Source: Asterias rubens (lineage: Eukaryota). From it: 64,000 nucleotides of DNA. Shown here piece after piece: positions 1-13,535 of this stretch. The stretch lies in the NCBI RefSeq assembly GCF_902459465.1, contig NC_047067.1, positions 12,028,001-12,092,000 on the forward strand, given 5' to 3'. Position 1 is the first letter of the stretch. Every line of letters starts with the position of its first letter. The notes beneath the pieces were generated by a model. The model saw nothing but the letters and a program-made list of their open reading frames with translations, was not told the DNA's origin and did not search any database. A program made the position numbers and the translations under genes.

Positions 1-452
1 TTTGAAGAAATCCTAGCCTACAGTATGTAAATAAACTGAAAGTTATAATCCAGGACCCAACTCACCCACTTCACTCATTCATTCACATTCTCCCATCAGG
101 AAGGTACCGTTCTCTCTCTACTCGCACAAACCGGTTCAGACTATCTTTTTTACCCAGTGCTGTTCATCCCTAACTCACTTTTTATAAGGTAACTTAGTAG
201 TAGTTGTTGTTTTTCCATTTTAATCAGTGATGGTGAGATTTTGATACCGTTTCTCTCTTTGTAAAACTCGAACTAGCCTATTTATTGCTTATACTAAATT
301 TGTGTAATTAATTTCTGTGTTTTTGAAATGTAATGTTTTTTGTTTTTCTATAAGTATCAACTTTGAATCTTTTTAGTGCACACAGGGAAAACAGTTTTCA
401 ATTGTTGTCTTGTAATCTGTGATGAAATAAATAAATTGCATTGAATTGAATT
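1..452 (+). mobile_element. 3' end of a Rex1/Babar-like non-LTR retrotransposon
   Basis: Translates KLKVIIQDPTHPLHSFIHILPSGRYRSLSTRTNRFRLSFLPSAV*, matching the DPSHPLH..LPSGRRYR C-terminus typical of Rex/Babar ORF2. A 3' UTR follows, ending AATAAA + (TGAAT)n at ~426-452. Confidence 0.75.
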
Positions 453-454
453 TG

Positions 455-552
455 TGGTGAGCAAAGACAAACTTGACCAGCGGGACTTGAACCTGCGACC
501 TCGCGGATTCACGTGCCGGCGCTATAGCAACTGGGCTATCTAGCCCCTATGG
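455..552 (-). mobile_element. tRNA-derived SINE head
   Basis: Minus strand has A-box TAGCCCAGTTGC and B-box GGTTCAAGTCCC, but the anticodon stem does not pair. A related copy lies at ~50950-51060. Confidence 0.65.
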
Positions 553-1100
553 TTGGCTCGAAATTACTTGATTTTGAAAATTTACCCAATAAGTTTCCCT
601 AGTGCTTTATTCTTTAATTTGTTTGTATATCTCTTTTTATTTAATTAAAAGGATAACTCCAGGCATACCAACTGATTTATCCAGCAAAATTATTGTTAAA
701 AGAAATGTTCTATAAACTTTTTTCACTCAGTTTCCATTGTGGTTTAATACCTACATTTTTGGTATTTAATTATTTTCCAATACAAATGTGAAAGTTCGTA
801 CCCCAGGTGGTCAATGCACGGGAAACTAATAAAAGCTTAGCCTTGGTGCAATAACGCAAGCGTGTGATTTGTTCAATGTATGCCCTAAACGCTTTCCGCT
901 TAGTCGATCCACTCCGCGAATACATGAGATTGAACAGATTTAATTGCTAAAAAAAATCATTTTGAATACCCTTTTCCGGGGCTTTCTAGAAATATTCGCG
1001 AAAAAAACACGTAGCACATCATTTATTGGAGCTCCGTTGTGTGTAGCTGCTTTGTTGCAGCATCGAGGCATAACCAAACGAAATTTCGCTGCTGAACACT

Positions 1101-3325
1101 TCTTACAAAATTGCCTCGGTATGTATTGCAGAGAGAGTGAAATCCTGTCTTGCCTTTATCATTCATGAAAGTCAGAAAGGATTCATGGCAGACCGTTTTA
1201 TTGGAGAAAATCTTAGGTTGATGTATGATTTACTGAACCTCACTGAATCTAATAGTATTCCGGGTTTACTTCTTTCTATTGACTTTGAAAAAGCATTCGA
1301 TTCCATTTCTCACGATTTTATTTTTAAAGTGCTCGATAAATTTAATTTCGGCCCCTCAGTTACAAAATGGATCCGGGTACTTTACAACCAAGCCTCGTCT
1401 TCAGTTTTAGTTAATGGGTTCCTTTCAGAATCATTCCAGATCGGGAGAGGTTGTAGGCAAGGAGACGGATTAAGCCCTTACTAGTTCCTTTTGTGTGCAG
1501 AAGTTTTATCCATGTTGGTATGCAATGACAAAATTCTTGAAGGTATTAAGGTTGAGGGTACAGAATTTCGAATATCCCAGTATGCGGATGATACGGTATT
1601 GTTTTTGAATGGCACCGAGAAGTCTTTGCAAGCAGCGTTTAAAATTCTTGACCTATTTGCAAGTATGTCTGGATTGAAAGTTAACATTGAGAAAACGAAC
1701 GCCATTTGGGTTGGTTCTAAGAAGGGTTGTGGTGAAAAGCTTTGTGAAGAGATTAAGGTGAACTGGGTTGAGGATGAACACATTTTTAAAATTCTTGGTA
1801 CTGAGTTTTCTACTGACCTAAATTCCATGGTTTTGTTAAATTACAATAGAGTTATTTGTTCCATTCGTGGACAAATCTTCAACTGGTCTAAGAGACACTT
1901 AACCGTTCTAGGGAGAATTGCCGTTGTCAAATCTTTACTTTTGTCTTAACTTACTTACCTTGTGTTAACCACCCCCGACCCACCCTGTAATATGATCAAA
2001 GAATTAAACACTATGTTCTTTAACTTCATTTGGAAAGGACACGACCGTGTTGCTAGAAACCAAATGCATGGTTGATGTCCGTGCGTATATAGACGCTTTA
2101 AAAATCACCTGGTTACGTAGACTTTACAAGGCTAACCAGTCGTCAGACTGTTCCACTTTATGTAATCATATTTTTGGCATTACTCGTTGGTTATTATTGG
2201 AAGGTGGCTCAGCAAAATTTGTGGGTACGCAAAGAATTTATAATAATTTTTGGCTCGATGTGTTCAAATCGTGGTCTAATTTTACTCGGGTCCACGAGGT
2301 ATTGAAGAGCACGCTTTGGTTAATGATACAATTATAAACATTGGGAAAGCAAAGGAGTTAAGTTTATTTGTGATCTTATTGACGAGAATGGGGATTTTCT
2401 CCCTCTTGAAGATTTCAAGAACACATTTAGTGTCCACACTAACTTCCTGGAGTATAGTGGGGTGTTAAGAGCTATTAAGTCGTCCTTTTAGGACATCTTG
2501 ATAGAACACTCGCATCTTAATTTTCCTTTTTTACCTTTCAACCTTGAAGTCCTTTTAAAGGACAAAAAGGGGTCACAAAGAATCTATCATGTTTTAGTCC
2601 AATCTAAACAGGTCAAAAGGAAATTTATTGACAAGTGGAACGTCAAACTTAATACCAACCTCGATTCTTCGAAGTGGTCTTTGATTTTTAACATTCCCTA
2701 CTCATGTACTGTGGACACTAAACTAAGATGGTTTCAATTTAGATTAATCCATCGGATCCTGGGCACTAATTCATTTTTGTTTAAAATCAATAAGACTGAC
2801 ACTAATCTATGTACATTCTGCAAAAAAGAAGAAGAGACCATTTTCCATCTTTTCTGTTCCTGCACCCATACTATTTCTTTTTGGTCCTCAGTGTTTTCAT
2901 GGATAAAAGAACAGACTAATTTCTCCCTTGCAATGGATAACGAAGTCTTTCTTTTTGGTAATACCAATAATAGCAATGTGGTTAACTTGATCCTGTTGAT
3001 ATGTAGATTTCATGTGTATACAATGAAAATGATCGGGAAACGCCCATCACTTTTAGTTTTAAAACGAGAGGTGAAAAAGTACTATTCAATGGAAAAATTT
3101 ATGTTTTTTACTAATGGGGTAAACTTCAAGTTTTATCAGAAATGGGACTCATTTTTTATCTTAGGCCAAGGTTAACTTGCTTTTATTGTTAATGGTATTG
3201 TATATTGTATTTGTCATGTAAGAACTGTTTGTACGAATATTGAGACAAGAGACAGTGGAAAATAAATGAGAATCCCTGGGATTATAAAACAAAATTAAAA
3301 AATAAAATAAAATAAAAATAAAAAT
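1101..3325 (+). mobile_element. 5'-truncated, inactivated L1/Tx1-clade LINE (ORF2: RT + C-terminal zinc finger)
   Basis: YKIAS..IIHESQKGF..RFIGEN, DFEKAFDSISH, RQGDGLSP, QYADD and CTFCKKEEETIFHLFCSC. In-frame stops at 1482 and 1947 plus frameshifts. A-rich tail at ~3285-3325. Confidence 0.93.
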
Positions 3326-3825
3326 AACCAAACAAACTACCACACATGACGTCAACGTATTTTCGTTTTGAAGCAACGACAGTTAACGATAAATCGTTAA
3401 GTCCTATACATTTATCGACTTGGTGTTTTGGTGGAAATATTGCTGTCAAGGTTTGGAACCTTTTTTTTCATCATTAGAGAAAAGACCTTGTTCCTTTCTC
3501 TATAAATAAATGCAAAAAAAATAAAAAAATTTAAATCAGTCTATTGTCCACCAGAAAAGGGGTCGGGCAGTTGATTAAATTCTACCCTTAAAATTAAATC
3601 TCGTCACCACCTGAGATTTCTACTTCGGTTCTTTTTATAAATTACCTTACCTTGAGAGGTTTGAGAGACGGGAAGGTCCCGGTGATTTGCTTTAACCAAC
3701 CGGGAGGTAATAGTCTTCTTGACCGTTGGACATCCTTGCTTTTATAAAAGCTCCGAGTGCCAATATTTCATTGTCAATAATAATTATGTGGGTTATTGTT
3801 GCGTGTTGTGGCCAATAATTTGTTA

Positions 3826-4330
3826 AAGAGTACCGGGCTCAAGCTCTGGTGTTTCTGATCAGCAGAGTGTAGTGGGTTCGGGTCCCAGTTGAAAACACAT
3901 GTTTCCTGAAGCAAGACACTTATTCCTTTGAGTGGGACGCAAAGCTGTCGGTCCCGTGTGTTGTGGTACGCAAGTGGTCCCGTGTGTTGTGTTACCCAAT
4001 TAAAAGAAACCAGTGCACGTATCGAAAAGAAAAAGGGGTTCGCCCCGGTGTTCCTGGGGTCGATAGAGTTAGGACTAGTCCTAACTTAGGTCTAGTCCTA
4101 GGAGATATCAAAAACGTATAGCTAGTCCTAAGTTAGGATGAGTAACTCATCCTTACTCGAGATAAGACTAGTTTTAACGATTTGTGTAATCGACCCCTGG
4201 TTTGATTGGCTGCATATTGCGCCACAGTACCTTGTAAACAATAACACGTTTCTAAAGGAACAGGTTTCATAATTAATCATACCTTGCAGGAAAATACTGA
4301 GCGTTGAATCGCCTTAATCGTCACTGAGCG
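3826..4330 (+). mobile_element. tRNA-derived SINE (CORE-like central motif) interrupted by a MITE
   Basis: B-box GGGTTCGGGTCCC and CORE-like TTTCCTGAAGCAAGACACTT. The SINE body resumes after the 4057-4196 insertion. Confidence 0.55.
4057..4196. mobile_element. MITE family E (AGGACTAGTCCT-rich), 3-bp TSD CTG
   Basis: TIR GGGTCGAT...ATCGACCC flanked by CTG on both sides. Related copies at 23035-23430, 26571-26712 and 57586-57752. Confidence 0.8.
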
Positions 4331-4408
4331 GCGGATGTGAGCGCTATATATAAGAAGCCACTATTAATATCTTTGTTCGGGTGCCAATCATACTCCATTC
4401 AATCTGAA

Positions 4409-4773
4409 AGTCATTGGACACTTTCGGTAAATAGTATTGTCCAAAAGCCAACACTTCGTGTATCACAACTGATATAAAACATAACAAACCTGTGAAAATT
4501 GAGGCTCAATATCGGAGTCGGGAGAAAATAACAGGAAAACCCACCCTTGTTTCCGCACGTTTCGCCCGTGTCATGACACGTGTTTAAAATAAATCCGTAA
4601 TTCTGGACGACGAGAATTGATAATTGTTTTAATGTTTTCTCGAAAAGTAGAGCATTTCATGGAATAATATTTCAAGAGAAGTCTTTCACCATTACCTTCT
4701 GTAAACCCTGTAAGTTATTTGTAAATCTATGAACTTTTATTTAATTTTTCTGTTCCGAAAGTGTATAATGGCC
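4409..4773. mobile_element. MITE family B (TTAA-flanked, TIR AGCCATTGGACACTTTCGG; Kolobok/T2-like)
   Basis: Near-identical copies at 26725-27059, 36460-36782 and 58559-58917. Confidence 0.8.
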
Positions 4774-4943
4774 TTGAGTCTATATTCCTCAGTTCGTACG
4801 GCTGGCACTTAAAGATTATCTGTCGAGCTAAAGTAAGCAGACTACCAGTTATAGATTATGTACGTGACATGATGTTTTTTGTTGGAAAACTTTTTTTCCA
4901 GTAAGCAATATTTTTGTCGCGCTTAGGTACTGTTTATGCTTAA

Positions 4944-5292
4944 AGGCACTGGGCACCTTTGGTTAATGCCAGAGAACAGTATGCTCACTTGTTGTATCCC
5001 CAACATGTACATACATTATTAACAAATCTGTACGAATTGGGACTCAATTTTTTATCGAAGTTGAAAGAAAATAACGACAGAAAAACACCTTCGTTGCATA
5101 CATTTGTGTGTTTAAAGATGCCTGATGAAGTCTTTTATTGTGTTTTTGTTAAAAAATTACATCTGTCTGAATAGGGATCCGTTTCTCACAATGTGTTATA
5201 CTAATAACAGCTCTCCAATTGCTCATTAATACCAAGTAAGTTGTTATGCTAACAATTATATTGAGTAATTGCCAAAAACGTCCAATGCGTTT
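4944..5292. mobile_element. MITE family A (Kolobok/T2-like), degenerate copy
   Basis: TTAA+AGGCACTGG terminus; internal sequence shared with the family A copies listed below. Confidence 0.7.
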
Positions 5293-5539
5293 AAGAAGCG
5301 AAATTGGGCTCATATCAATGTGTCAAGATGACAAAAGATCTTTGGGTTAGTTTCATATAAAGTTTTACTTAGAAAACACGTTCCATATCTTAACCACGAT
5401 TCTAGATCTGTTTTGACGGTTAAAGTGCCAGGCTCATTTGGACTCGTGTCCGGGTAAAATAGTAAGGACTTGTAACGCGCAAATATACACCCAACCAATC
5501 GTGACCCGGAAGTAATTATAAAGAAGTTAGTCTTGAAAA

Positions 5540-5665
5540 ACCTAACACGATATTTAAAACACTTAACGCGAGATCCAAAAACCCAACACGAGATTTTAAC
5601 CTATAACGCGAGATTGAAAAACGTAACGCGAGATTTATAATTCAACGTGAGGTTCGTTAACGCGA
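5540..5665. repeat. Short degenerate tandem repeat (~20-bp unit containing AACGCGAGAT)
   Basis: About six AAC(G/A)CGAGAT cores at ~20-bp spacing. Confidence 0.6.
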
Positions 5666-7229
5666 AAAGGCTTAAAATAGAGCACCACACCATACGAAAC
5701 AAATAATCACAAAGTGTTACAAAACAAAACATGGGCATACCTTGTGCAAGATATAATTGCTGCTAACATAATAATGGTGTTTGCCACATTACTGTTCATT
5801 AAATGTTTAAGGTGAACATTAATATAGATTATTAGCAAGACTGGTTAAAATACAGAACTTCACTCATTCAGAGTCGTTACTTTGTGTGTGTTATAGCCTA
5901 CTTCACCAACAAAGGTAAACATTGTTTTATTGTCGACCCTAAACACAAACACAAACAAGTTACTTATGTGTAAACACATAAAGCTACTTTTAATTAAATT
6001 ACATGTATTGTTCCAGTGCAATTCAACCTATCGGTTGCCATACTGTACATATCAAATTATCCAATAAAATTATTATAATATAAAACATTAAAAATTAAAT
6101 CATATTTCAGAAATATTTAGCGAACGTACCTTAATAGTACTTTAGTAGGAGCAGATAGTTCCGTCCACGGCCGACGACATCATCAGGAAAAATGCCTGAA
6201 TAAGAGTGATATAATTTCTATATAAAAAATATATTATACGCTCGATTACACTCCCATTGGTCTGCTGTAGACAAGCACTTCATGCATTGGCACGTCAGAC
6301 TTCGGGAGGGAGAGAGACACACCGATTGGAGAAAATGAATGATGGTCGGTGACAAGGGATGAAGAACTTCTTCCTGCGATGTTTGGGCCGCTACACTCGC
6401 CTCAACCTGAACAGTTTGCAGTCGTACTTTCAATACTTGACATGGGCAATAATTTAATGAATCGTGTATGCAAACTTTCCCGTGCGTAAGTAACAAGTCA
6501 ACGGATATCAATACAAATGAATTTCACGGGTTATTATGTAATCGCAAATCTAAAAGATTTCTATAAGGTGATGTTTATAAAAAAAATATATATATATTAT
6601 TTTCAAGGTCTGTTAAACTGTTCACTGTCATAACGATTATCCTGCAAACAGCTCAGTACATTTTCCAATAACTGTCGATCTGAAAAAGAAATTTAAGATA
6701 TCAAAATTATTCGTGGATGCAATTACTCAAAGAAGACTGAAGTATTCTCCGCAGCAACAATAAAACTCAACAAGGCCACACTGATGAAAGAAAGAACAAA
6801 GAAGCAGTGTCAGATGAAGAGGGTATACTTACCACTTCAAATGTCAATAGGATTAAACAAGCGTGCAATGATTAGGTTCAAGTGGACATTAAGATAACAT
6901 CATAGACCCTTGATATAAGAAGATCTGACGGGACTCAGAATTTTTGATCAAGCTCCAACGAATGATGACTCGAGCGAAGGGCGAAAACAGTCCTCGTGAC
7001 GAGGGGAAGAAGAGCTGAAACGCGGGGGTGGATTTACCTCCAACAAACGGTCGAAAGTATAGACAAAACCACTGGGGACGCAAGCTGACGCAAGGCGTAA
7101 GGCCACTGTTAAAGTTATTGTCTTATCAAAACAAATGCATAATTTTTGGAGACAAGTTGTCATCGACAACACATGTGCCTCAACAACACAGCAGCTGACT
7201 AATGACCCTCTTGCCTGTCTCTCCATCGG

Positions 7230-7487
7230 CCTGGCCGCCCAAGTCTACGCTCAGCATCCGACACTTCTCGCCTCATGGAACCTAACTCAATCAAACTTCT
7301 TTAAGTCGGCTTCAAGACGCACATTCTCTCTATTTGCTCCACACATCTGGAATGCACTCTCCACCTCAATCATGAAATCTGACTCTCTTCAAACATTTAA
7401 GAAGTGTATCAAACATTCTCTGTACCCTATCTAATGCGCTGCGTTCTCGACGTAGTGGCGCTATACAAATGCCCATGTATGTATGTT
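7230..7487 (+). mobile_element. 3' fragment of an L2-like LINE
   Basis: SASRRTFSLFAPHIWNALSTSIMKSDSLQTFKKCIKHSL resembles the L2/CR1 ORF2 C-terminus. The end reads GCGCTATACAAAT + (TGTA)n. Confidence 0.7.
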
Positions 7488-8216
7488 TGAAGTTGCAAGA
7501 GAATATTGTGAGATAAATACCCTTGTTGCACAAGTTTGTTGGCTTTCAAATGCCTAAAAAGGGCTTTAGGCTTGAAGTACTTTAATACTTGAGAGAGAAA
7601 TTACCTCTTTCTTAAATACTACGTTACTTCAGAGGGAGCTGTTTCTCACAATGTTTCATACTAGCTCTCTACAAAGTAAGTTTTATTCTAAAATATTTTT
7701 TTGAAATAGTGTCCCAGTGCTAAAGGGTGCCAGACACGTACAAACCAATGTAAAAACAGTAATCATGTCAGTTAACAGATTCACTGACAAACAAAAGAAC
7801 AAAAATATGTCCCTTTTTTATATAAAGACCCCTTACGTGTTTTCCTATGCATTTTAACTGTCATAAATTATAATATATCTTTGTAGCCATCTTAGGTCAC
7901 AGGGATTTTTGTCTTTCTCAAATTTGTTTTCGAACCTTTCACACTGTACTTGCTAACGCAAGTCCATTATTTTGTAATTGTTTGTCCGGGCGTAAAAGAG
8001 CTTTGGCTTTCCATAGCCGTGCCCCCATTTCCAATCCTCTATGCAACAATTTCCAATTATTCTGGTATATGCCCTCATTTTCAACTATCCACTCCCTGTT
8101 CTTTATATATTGTTGTCATGATGTCTTAAAATGAAAAACAAAAATTAATGAACATTTTCCATAAATTTTGTTTTTGTATACGTTGCCGTTTCCACTCTGT
8201 GCAGTACGTGCTGCGG

Positions 8217-8405
8217 GCTCAATTTCATAAAGCGTTTAGCAGAAAATCTGCTTTGCAAATTTGTTTGCTAAGCAAGAAATGAGCTGGACACCAGTCATAG
8301 CATTGGTAAATATATGGTATTTAGGCTGGTAACACTTTTTTTCAAGCAATGGTTTTCTGTGCTTAGCAAGTTTTTTGTGCTTACAGGCTTTATAAAATTG
8401 TGCCC
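8217..8405. mobile_element. MITE family D (TIR GGSCCAATTTCATA, 3-bp TSD, usually CWG)
   Basis: GGCTCAATTTCATAAAGC...GCTTTATAAAATTGTGCC. Other copies at 18821-19060, 23540-23732, 23871-24062, 24076-24206, 25765-25990, 42010-42235, 50637-50807 and 54358-54768. Confidence 0.75.
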
Positions 8406-8499
8406 AGGTATCAAGAAATTGCTATTTGACAAAAATGATTGTTATACCGTCGAGCCGAACTAACTATAGCCGATCATAATTATGAGCAATTAAATCTTC

Positions 8500-9052
8500 A
8501 AGGGCACTGGACACTATTGATAATTGCCTACAATAACTGTTAGCATAAAACCTACTTGGTAACAAGCAATGGTGAACTGTTGATAGTAAAACTCCTTCTG
8601 AAGTAACGTGGTTTTTGAGAAAAAGTAATTTCTCAGTAAAATATTTGTATTGATTTTGAGACCTCCTTTTTAAACACAGTGAACACTATTTGTAAATGTC
8701 ACAGACCAGTCTTCTCACTTGGTGTATCTCAACATATGCACCAAATGATAAATTTGTGAACATTTGAACTCAATTGGTCGTCGAAGTTTCGAGATAATAA
8801 TGAAAGAAGAAAAGAAAAAACCCTGGTCACACGAGTGCTTTCAGATGCTTGATTTCATGACCTCAAAATTCTAAATCTGATGTCTCGAAATCAAATTCGC
8901 GAAAACTACTTCTTTCTGGAAAACTACGTCACTTCAGAGGGAGCCGTTTCTCACAATGTTTTATACTACCAACCTCTCCCATTTACTCGTTACCAAATAA
9001 GGTTTTACGCTAATGACTATTTTGAGTAATTACCAATAGTTTCCACTGCCTT
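8500..9052. mobile_element. MITE family A, composite copy
   Basis: A left-end fragment followed by an oppositely oriented near-full copy ending CCACTGCCTTTA. Confidence 0.7.
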
Positions 9053-9761
9053 TAGAACTCACAATCTTTCACTGGATGTGAGGCCTCATTTTTTTGTGGA
9101 ATGGAGGAAAGGCTCGAAACACAATTACGGCATTGTTGAAGTTTGTTCATTTTGTCCGGACAAATAAGAATCTCCGGATTTTTAGAATTGTGCGTGTCCT
9201 CGGGGAAACAAGGAACTCCGAACGTATTATCGTAAACCTATAAACCCTTCCCCCCTTTGGTCATCATGCAAAGCTTCAATTCAAATTTGTAGGATTTCAA
9301 AATTCCTTCCCAATCAAGCACTTTTACAAAGAAGGCCACCAGTGAATCAAGTCATTCACAGGAAAGATTTTTTATACAGGATTCGTCCAATTGAGTGTTT
9401 TTGTGTTAGCTCTGTCATAAAAGTGCTTAATGAGAAAATATTTGAAAGGTTTTTTGTCCTTCTCGGATGTGTGACATAAAACTGATTCGAAACTGTTTTC
9501 TGGGGCGCAGTTGTTAAGGCAAAAAAAAAAAACTGTTTAGCGTCCTGCCTTTTTGAAAAAAAAGGAATGAGGAAATATTTTATTTATTGTTTTTACTTTA
9601 ATAAAAATGGCTGCCCGACACACTTTTCAAGACAACCGGCTGTTTTTTTTTCTCTCTAAATTTATGTATGTATCCTTTTTCGTTATTTCGTATCCTATTT
9701 CGAAAAGCAAATGAGAAAGACGCCTGCAGACTCTAAAAATGAAGAGGGCGGGACGTATACA

Positions 9762-10133
9762 GGGAAGGTTACACGTTTGGTAATTGTCAAAGACCAGTGT
9801 TCTTACTTGGTGTATCCCATTATAACCATAAAATAACAAGCCGGTGAAAATTTGGGCTCAATTGGTCATCAAAAATGCGAGAATAAGATGAAAGAAAAAA
9901 AAACCCTTGTGGGGCGAATTTGTGTGCTTTCAGATAGGAATAAAAGACTTCTAGCTAAAAGTCTTTTATTATTTTAGTGAGAAATTACCTCTTTCTCAAA
10001 AACTACGTTATTTCAGAGGGAATCTTTTCCCACAATGTTGTATACTATCAACAGCTCTCCAATGCTCGTTACTTAGTCAGTTTATAAGTTAATATTTGTT
10101 TTGAGTAATTACCAAACTTGTACCTTCCCTTTA
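9762..10133. mobile_element. MITE family A variant (TIR AGGGAAGGT)
   Basis: AGGGAAGGTTACAC...GTACCTTCCCTTTAA with family A interior. Confidence 0.75.
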
Positions 10134-10581
10134 ACACGTCCTTCTTATTCGGTCTTAGAATAGAGTATATTGCATAACCCGTCCGTTCCCAATTTACAGA
10201 CTTATCAAAGCCGTCCTTGACGTAAAAGGGAGGTCGTCATACAAACCCGAATCACAATACTTCTAATACAAATCTTAATAATTATAAAACCATGTTCGTA
10301 TCTATAGAGAATTTCACCGTGAGGTCCCTTTGCGCTGTCACGAATGTAACCAATTATACAAATTGGATGTTTTGAGTTGTGCTGTTTGGAATCCGGTTAT
10401 TTGATCCATAAACTGAACAGCAGTTTGGGAAAGAGCGGAAATCATAAGAACCGAGTTTCGATAAAGGGGGTGGGGGGGGGGGGGGGTTGGGGAGTCAAAT
10501 ACACTTATTGCGCAGTTTTCTTTTTGTTCCCGAGCTAAATTTTTAAGGGCAGGGAATCTTTACCATGCGAGAGTCAAAATC

Positions 10582-10978
10582 TTAAAGGCACTGGACACTA
10601 TTGGTAATTGTCAAAGTCTCTTCTCACTTGGTGTATTTCAATATATGCATAAAGTAACAAACCTGTGAACATTTGAGCTCAATCGGTCATTGAAATTGCA
10701 AATTAATAATGGAAGAAGAAAAAACAACCTTGTCACACGAAGTTGTGTGCTTTCAAATGCTTGATTTCGAGACCTCAAATTCATAACTTGAGGTCTCGAA
10801 ATCAAGCTCAAATATTGTAGTGAGAAATAAATTCTTTCTCGAAAACGACGTTACTTCAGAGGGAGCCGTTTCTCCGAATGTGTAATACTATGAACATCTC
10901 TCCATTGATCGCTAACAATTAAGTTTTTATGCTAACAATTATTTTGAGCAATGACCAATAGTGTACAGTGCCTTTTAA
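10582..10978. mobile_element. MITE family A
   Basis: TTAAAGGCACTGGACACTATTGG...CCAATAGTGTACAGTGCCTTTTAA. Confidence 0.85.
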
Positions 10979-11318
10979 ATCTGTTCGTATTGTGTTGGCA
11001 ACCAGTGCAAATCATGACAAATGTGTGCACTGAATGCACGTGTGCGTCTACAGCAGCGGGCTTTTGTAAGCGTTGCAATTAACTTATATAAATGTCAGAA
11101 AGATCATACAGTAAGCGGTTTCATGTATTATAGGACACACAACCAAATAAGAAGCCAATTCTACGGTGGATTTCGTATTTAAAAAGATGAATCAAAATAA
11201 ACTGAATGAACGTAACCTAATAAATTTAATAAACTGAAACAAACCAAACATAAATAACATAACTAACATTTAAAACAATTAATACATATTTATTAATAAA
11301 TAAATAGATTAATTGATT

Positions 11319-12113
11319 AACTATACGATCTGGCAGAAAACGAAGAAGACCTCCAGTTTCTAGTTTCAGAGTTTGATACCTTCAGCAAGAAAATTGGTCT
11401 GACAATAAACAAAAGCAAAACTGTCATCCAAGTCCTCAACAGAGTTAAGATCCAGCTTAACATCCAGATAGATGGTAAATCCTTGGACCAAGTCAAAAAC
11501 TTCATCTACTTGGGGGTATGATTTCAGAAATCCCCGTTAGTGAAAATGAAATCAAGCGTAGAGTTGGAGCCATGCAAAAGCTGAACTCTATGGACATCCA
11601 AAGACATCAAGAATTCAACCAAGCTTAATCTTTACAGAGTCTTGGTTCAACCAATAGCCACCTACAGCTCCGAAACATGGACACAAAAGAAAAACAGATG
11701 AACAGAGATTAAGGGTTTTCGAGATGGCATGCTTGAGGAAAATACTGGGGGTCACAAGAAGGGACAGACTTCGCAACACATGAGTACGTGAACTGCTTCA
11801 CTACTATAAAGATCTTCCAACTTCAATTAGGAAAACTAAACTCGAGTATGTTGGGCATGTGAACAGAATGGGCAATGGCCGATACCCCAAAATACTTCTA
11901 GAAAGCCACATTGCAGGAAACAGACCCAGGGGAAGACCAGGGAAACGATGGCTGGAAGACATCAAGCACTTCTGTGAAGAGGCTGACATACCATCTGTGG
12001 CAGCAGCAGGACACCTAGCAAGGAACAGAGACCTATGGAGACTCTTAGTTGGGAAGCCATCTTCGGGATCTACATCGGGAGGACGGCTATGATGATGATG
12101 ATGATGATGATGA
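11319..12113 (+). mobile_element. 5'-truncated RTE-clade LINE
   Basis: EEDLQFLVSEFDTFSKKIGLTINKSKT, IDGKSLDQVKNFIYLG and RYPKILLESHIAGNRPRGRPGKRWLEDIK...RNRDLWR. (GAT)n tail at 12089-12113. Confidence 0.88.
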
Positions 12114-13099
12114 CGAAACAAAAACTGACTAAATATTCTTAACGTCCTTCACGACGGGAATGAATAAAGTTTTTTTTTTATTTTTTTTTTTTACAATTGA
12201 CAAAAAGATCTTTTTTTCTATGTGCATTATTATAAGCATACGTAATTTTATTTAAAATATGTTATTCATTCATTTTAAAGCCGAGGTCATTCGTATATTG
12301 TATTAAGCAAAGCAGGGAATAATTTTCAGATTATACTTATTTTTCTCAATAGAATTCTTTATTTATTTCTCCTTTTTGATGCCCAAGGTCGACGGATTAA
12401 TTCCAAACAAGAGGTGTCCATTGAGACCCTCTAAGACTTGGTAAAAAAAAAAAAAAAAAAAACGCTGAGGAATGATTTTTCTTTCTCTCTCAAGCGATCA
12501 TTGACTCTCATCAAAATAATTCAACACGAAATCCTTATGTTTGCTGCGAACAGTGTGGTCCCGTTTGCCTACAATCGATGACGTGGCCACATGAGGGAAG
12601 GGGTCACGACAGGGTGCTAAACCCCGAACACTAAGAGCCCTTGCAAAAAAAAACCTGCTTTATGAAGAAGAAAAAAATGTGTCTTTCCCTCCGCTTGTCG
12701 TGTCCCTTTTCAAAAGTTTCATTTCATTTCATTTTATTCAGTAATTTTGTCTGTTTAAACCCAAGGACCCCAATCACTATGAACCATTTCCCCTTCCCAA
12801 GCTAAGATAAAATATTAAAAAGTGTTCTATTAGCCCTCCCCAGAAAAAAAACTACATAATAGCCTTTGCTTTTCCGTCCTCTTGTTCCCCAAAATTTAAT
12901 TTCATAAAATTTCAATCCAATTTATGTCATTTATTAGTGTTCGTTGTAAACCAAAGGACTCACTGAAAAGCGGACTTATACATTTTTACTGAGCCAATAA
13001 CCTAATGGAGAGAAGACCGGGATAGGAAATTAAGTTTCAGTTCGAGATGCAGGAGAAAAACCCATGGAGAAATATTCCATGGAAAACCCACGCAGTCAG

Positions 13100-13210
13100 G
13101 TAGGGAAGGGACAAAACCCAATTCACACAATGCCCCCACTGGGATTCGAAACGCAGTCCTAGAGGTGGGAGGCGAGGAAATAATTATACCACTGCTCCAA
13201 CTGGACTGCC
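13100..13210 (-). mobile_element. tRNA-derived SINE fragment
   Basis: Minus-strand B-box (complement of GGGATTCGAAAC) with a tRNA-like head. Confidence 0.45.
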
Positions 13211-13280
13211 CAAAATGAAAATTTTACGGTGTTGTATGATAGCGCCCTCTGTGAATCATCCTCCTGTAATAGACCTTTCG

Positions 13281-13535
13281 TAGGGTTTTAAGGTATAGGG
13301 TTTGGTTTGTAGGGTTAGGGTTGGGTTTGTAGGGTTAGGGGTAGGTTTGTAGGGTTAGGGTTTGGTTTTTGGGATTAGGATTGGATTTTAAGGTTAGGGT
13401 TTGATTTTTAGGGTTAGGGTTCGATTTCAGGGTTAGGGTTGGTGTTACTAGGGTTAGGGTTACATTTAGGGTTGGGTTTTAGAGTTATAGGTTAGATTTA
13501 AGGGTTAGGATTTTAGGGTAAGGGTTGGTTTTAGG
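13281..13535 (+). repeat. Interstitial telomere-like minisatellite (~18-19-bp unit built on TTAGGG)
   Basis: About 13 units of the form AGGGTTAGGGTT(T)GG(T)TTT. Confidence 0.85.

Noticed and set aside
455-552. Possible tRNA gene
   Set aside because: The A and B boxes are present but the anticodon stem is broken and the sequence continues into a shared repeat body; it is a SINE head. The same applies at 20785-20850 and 38020-38095.
6218-7130. GC-richer patches with short ORFs
   Set aside because: Stops occur in all frames and there are no motifs I can assign; possibly old transposon debris.
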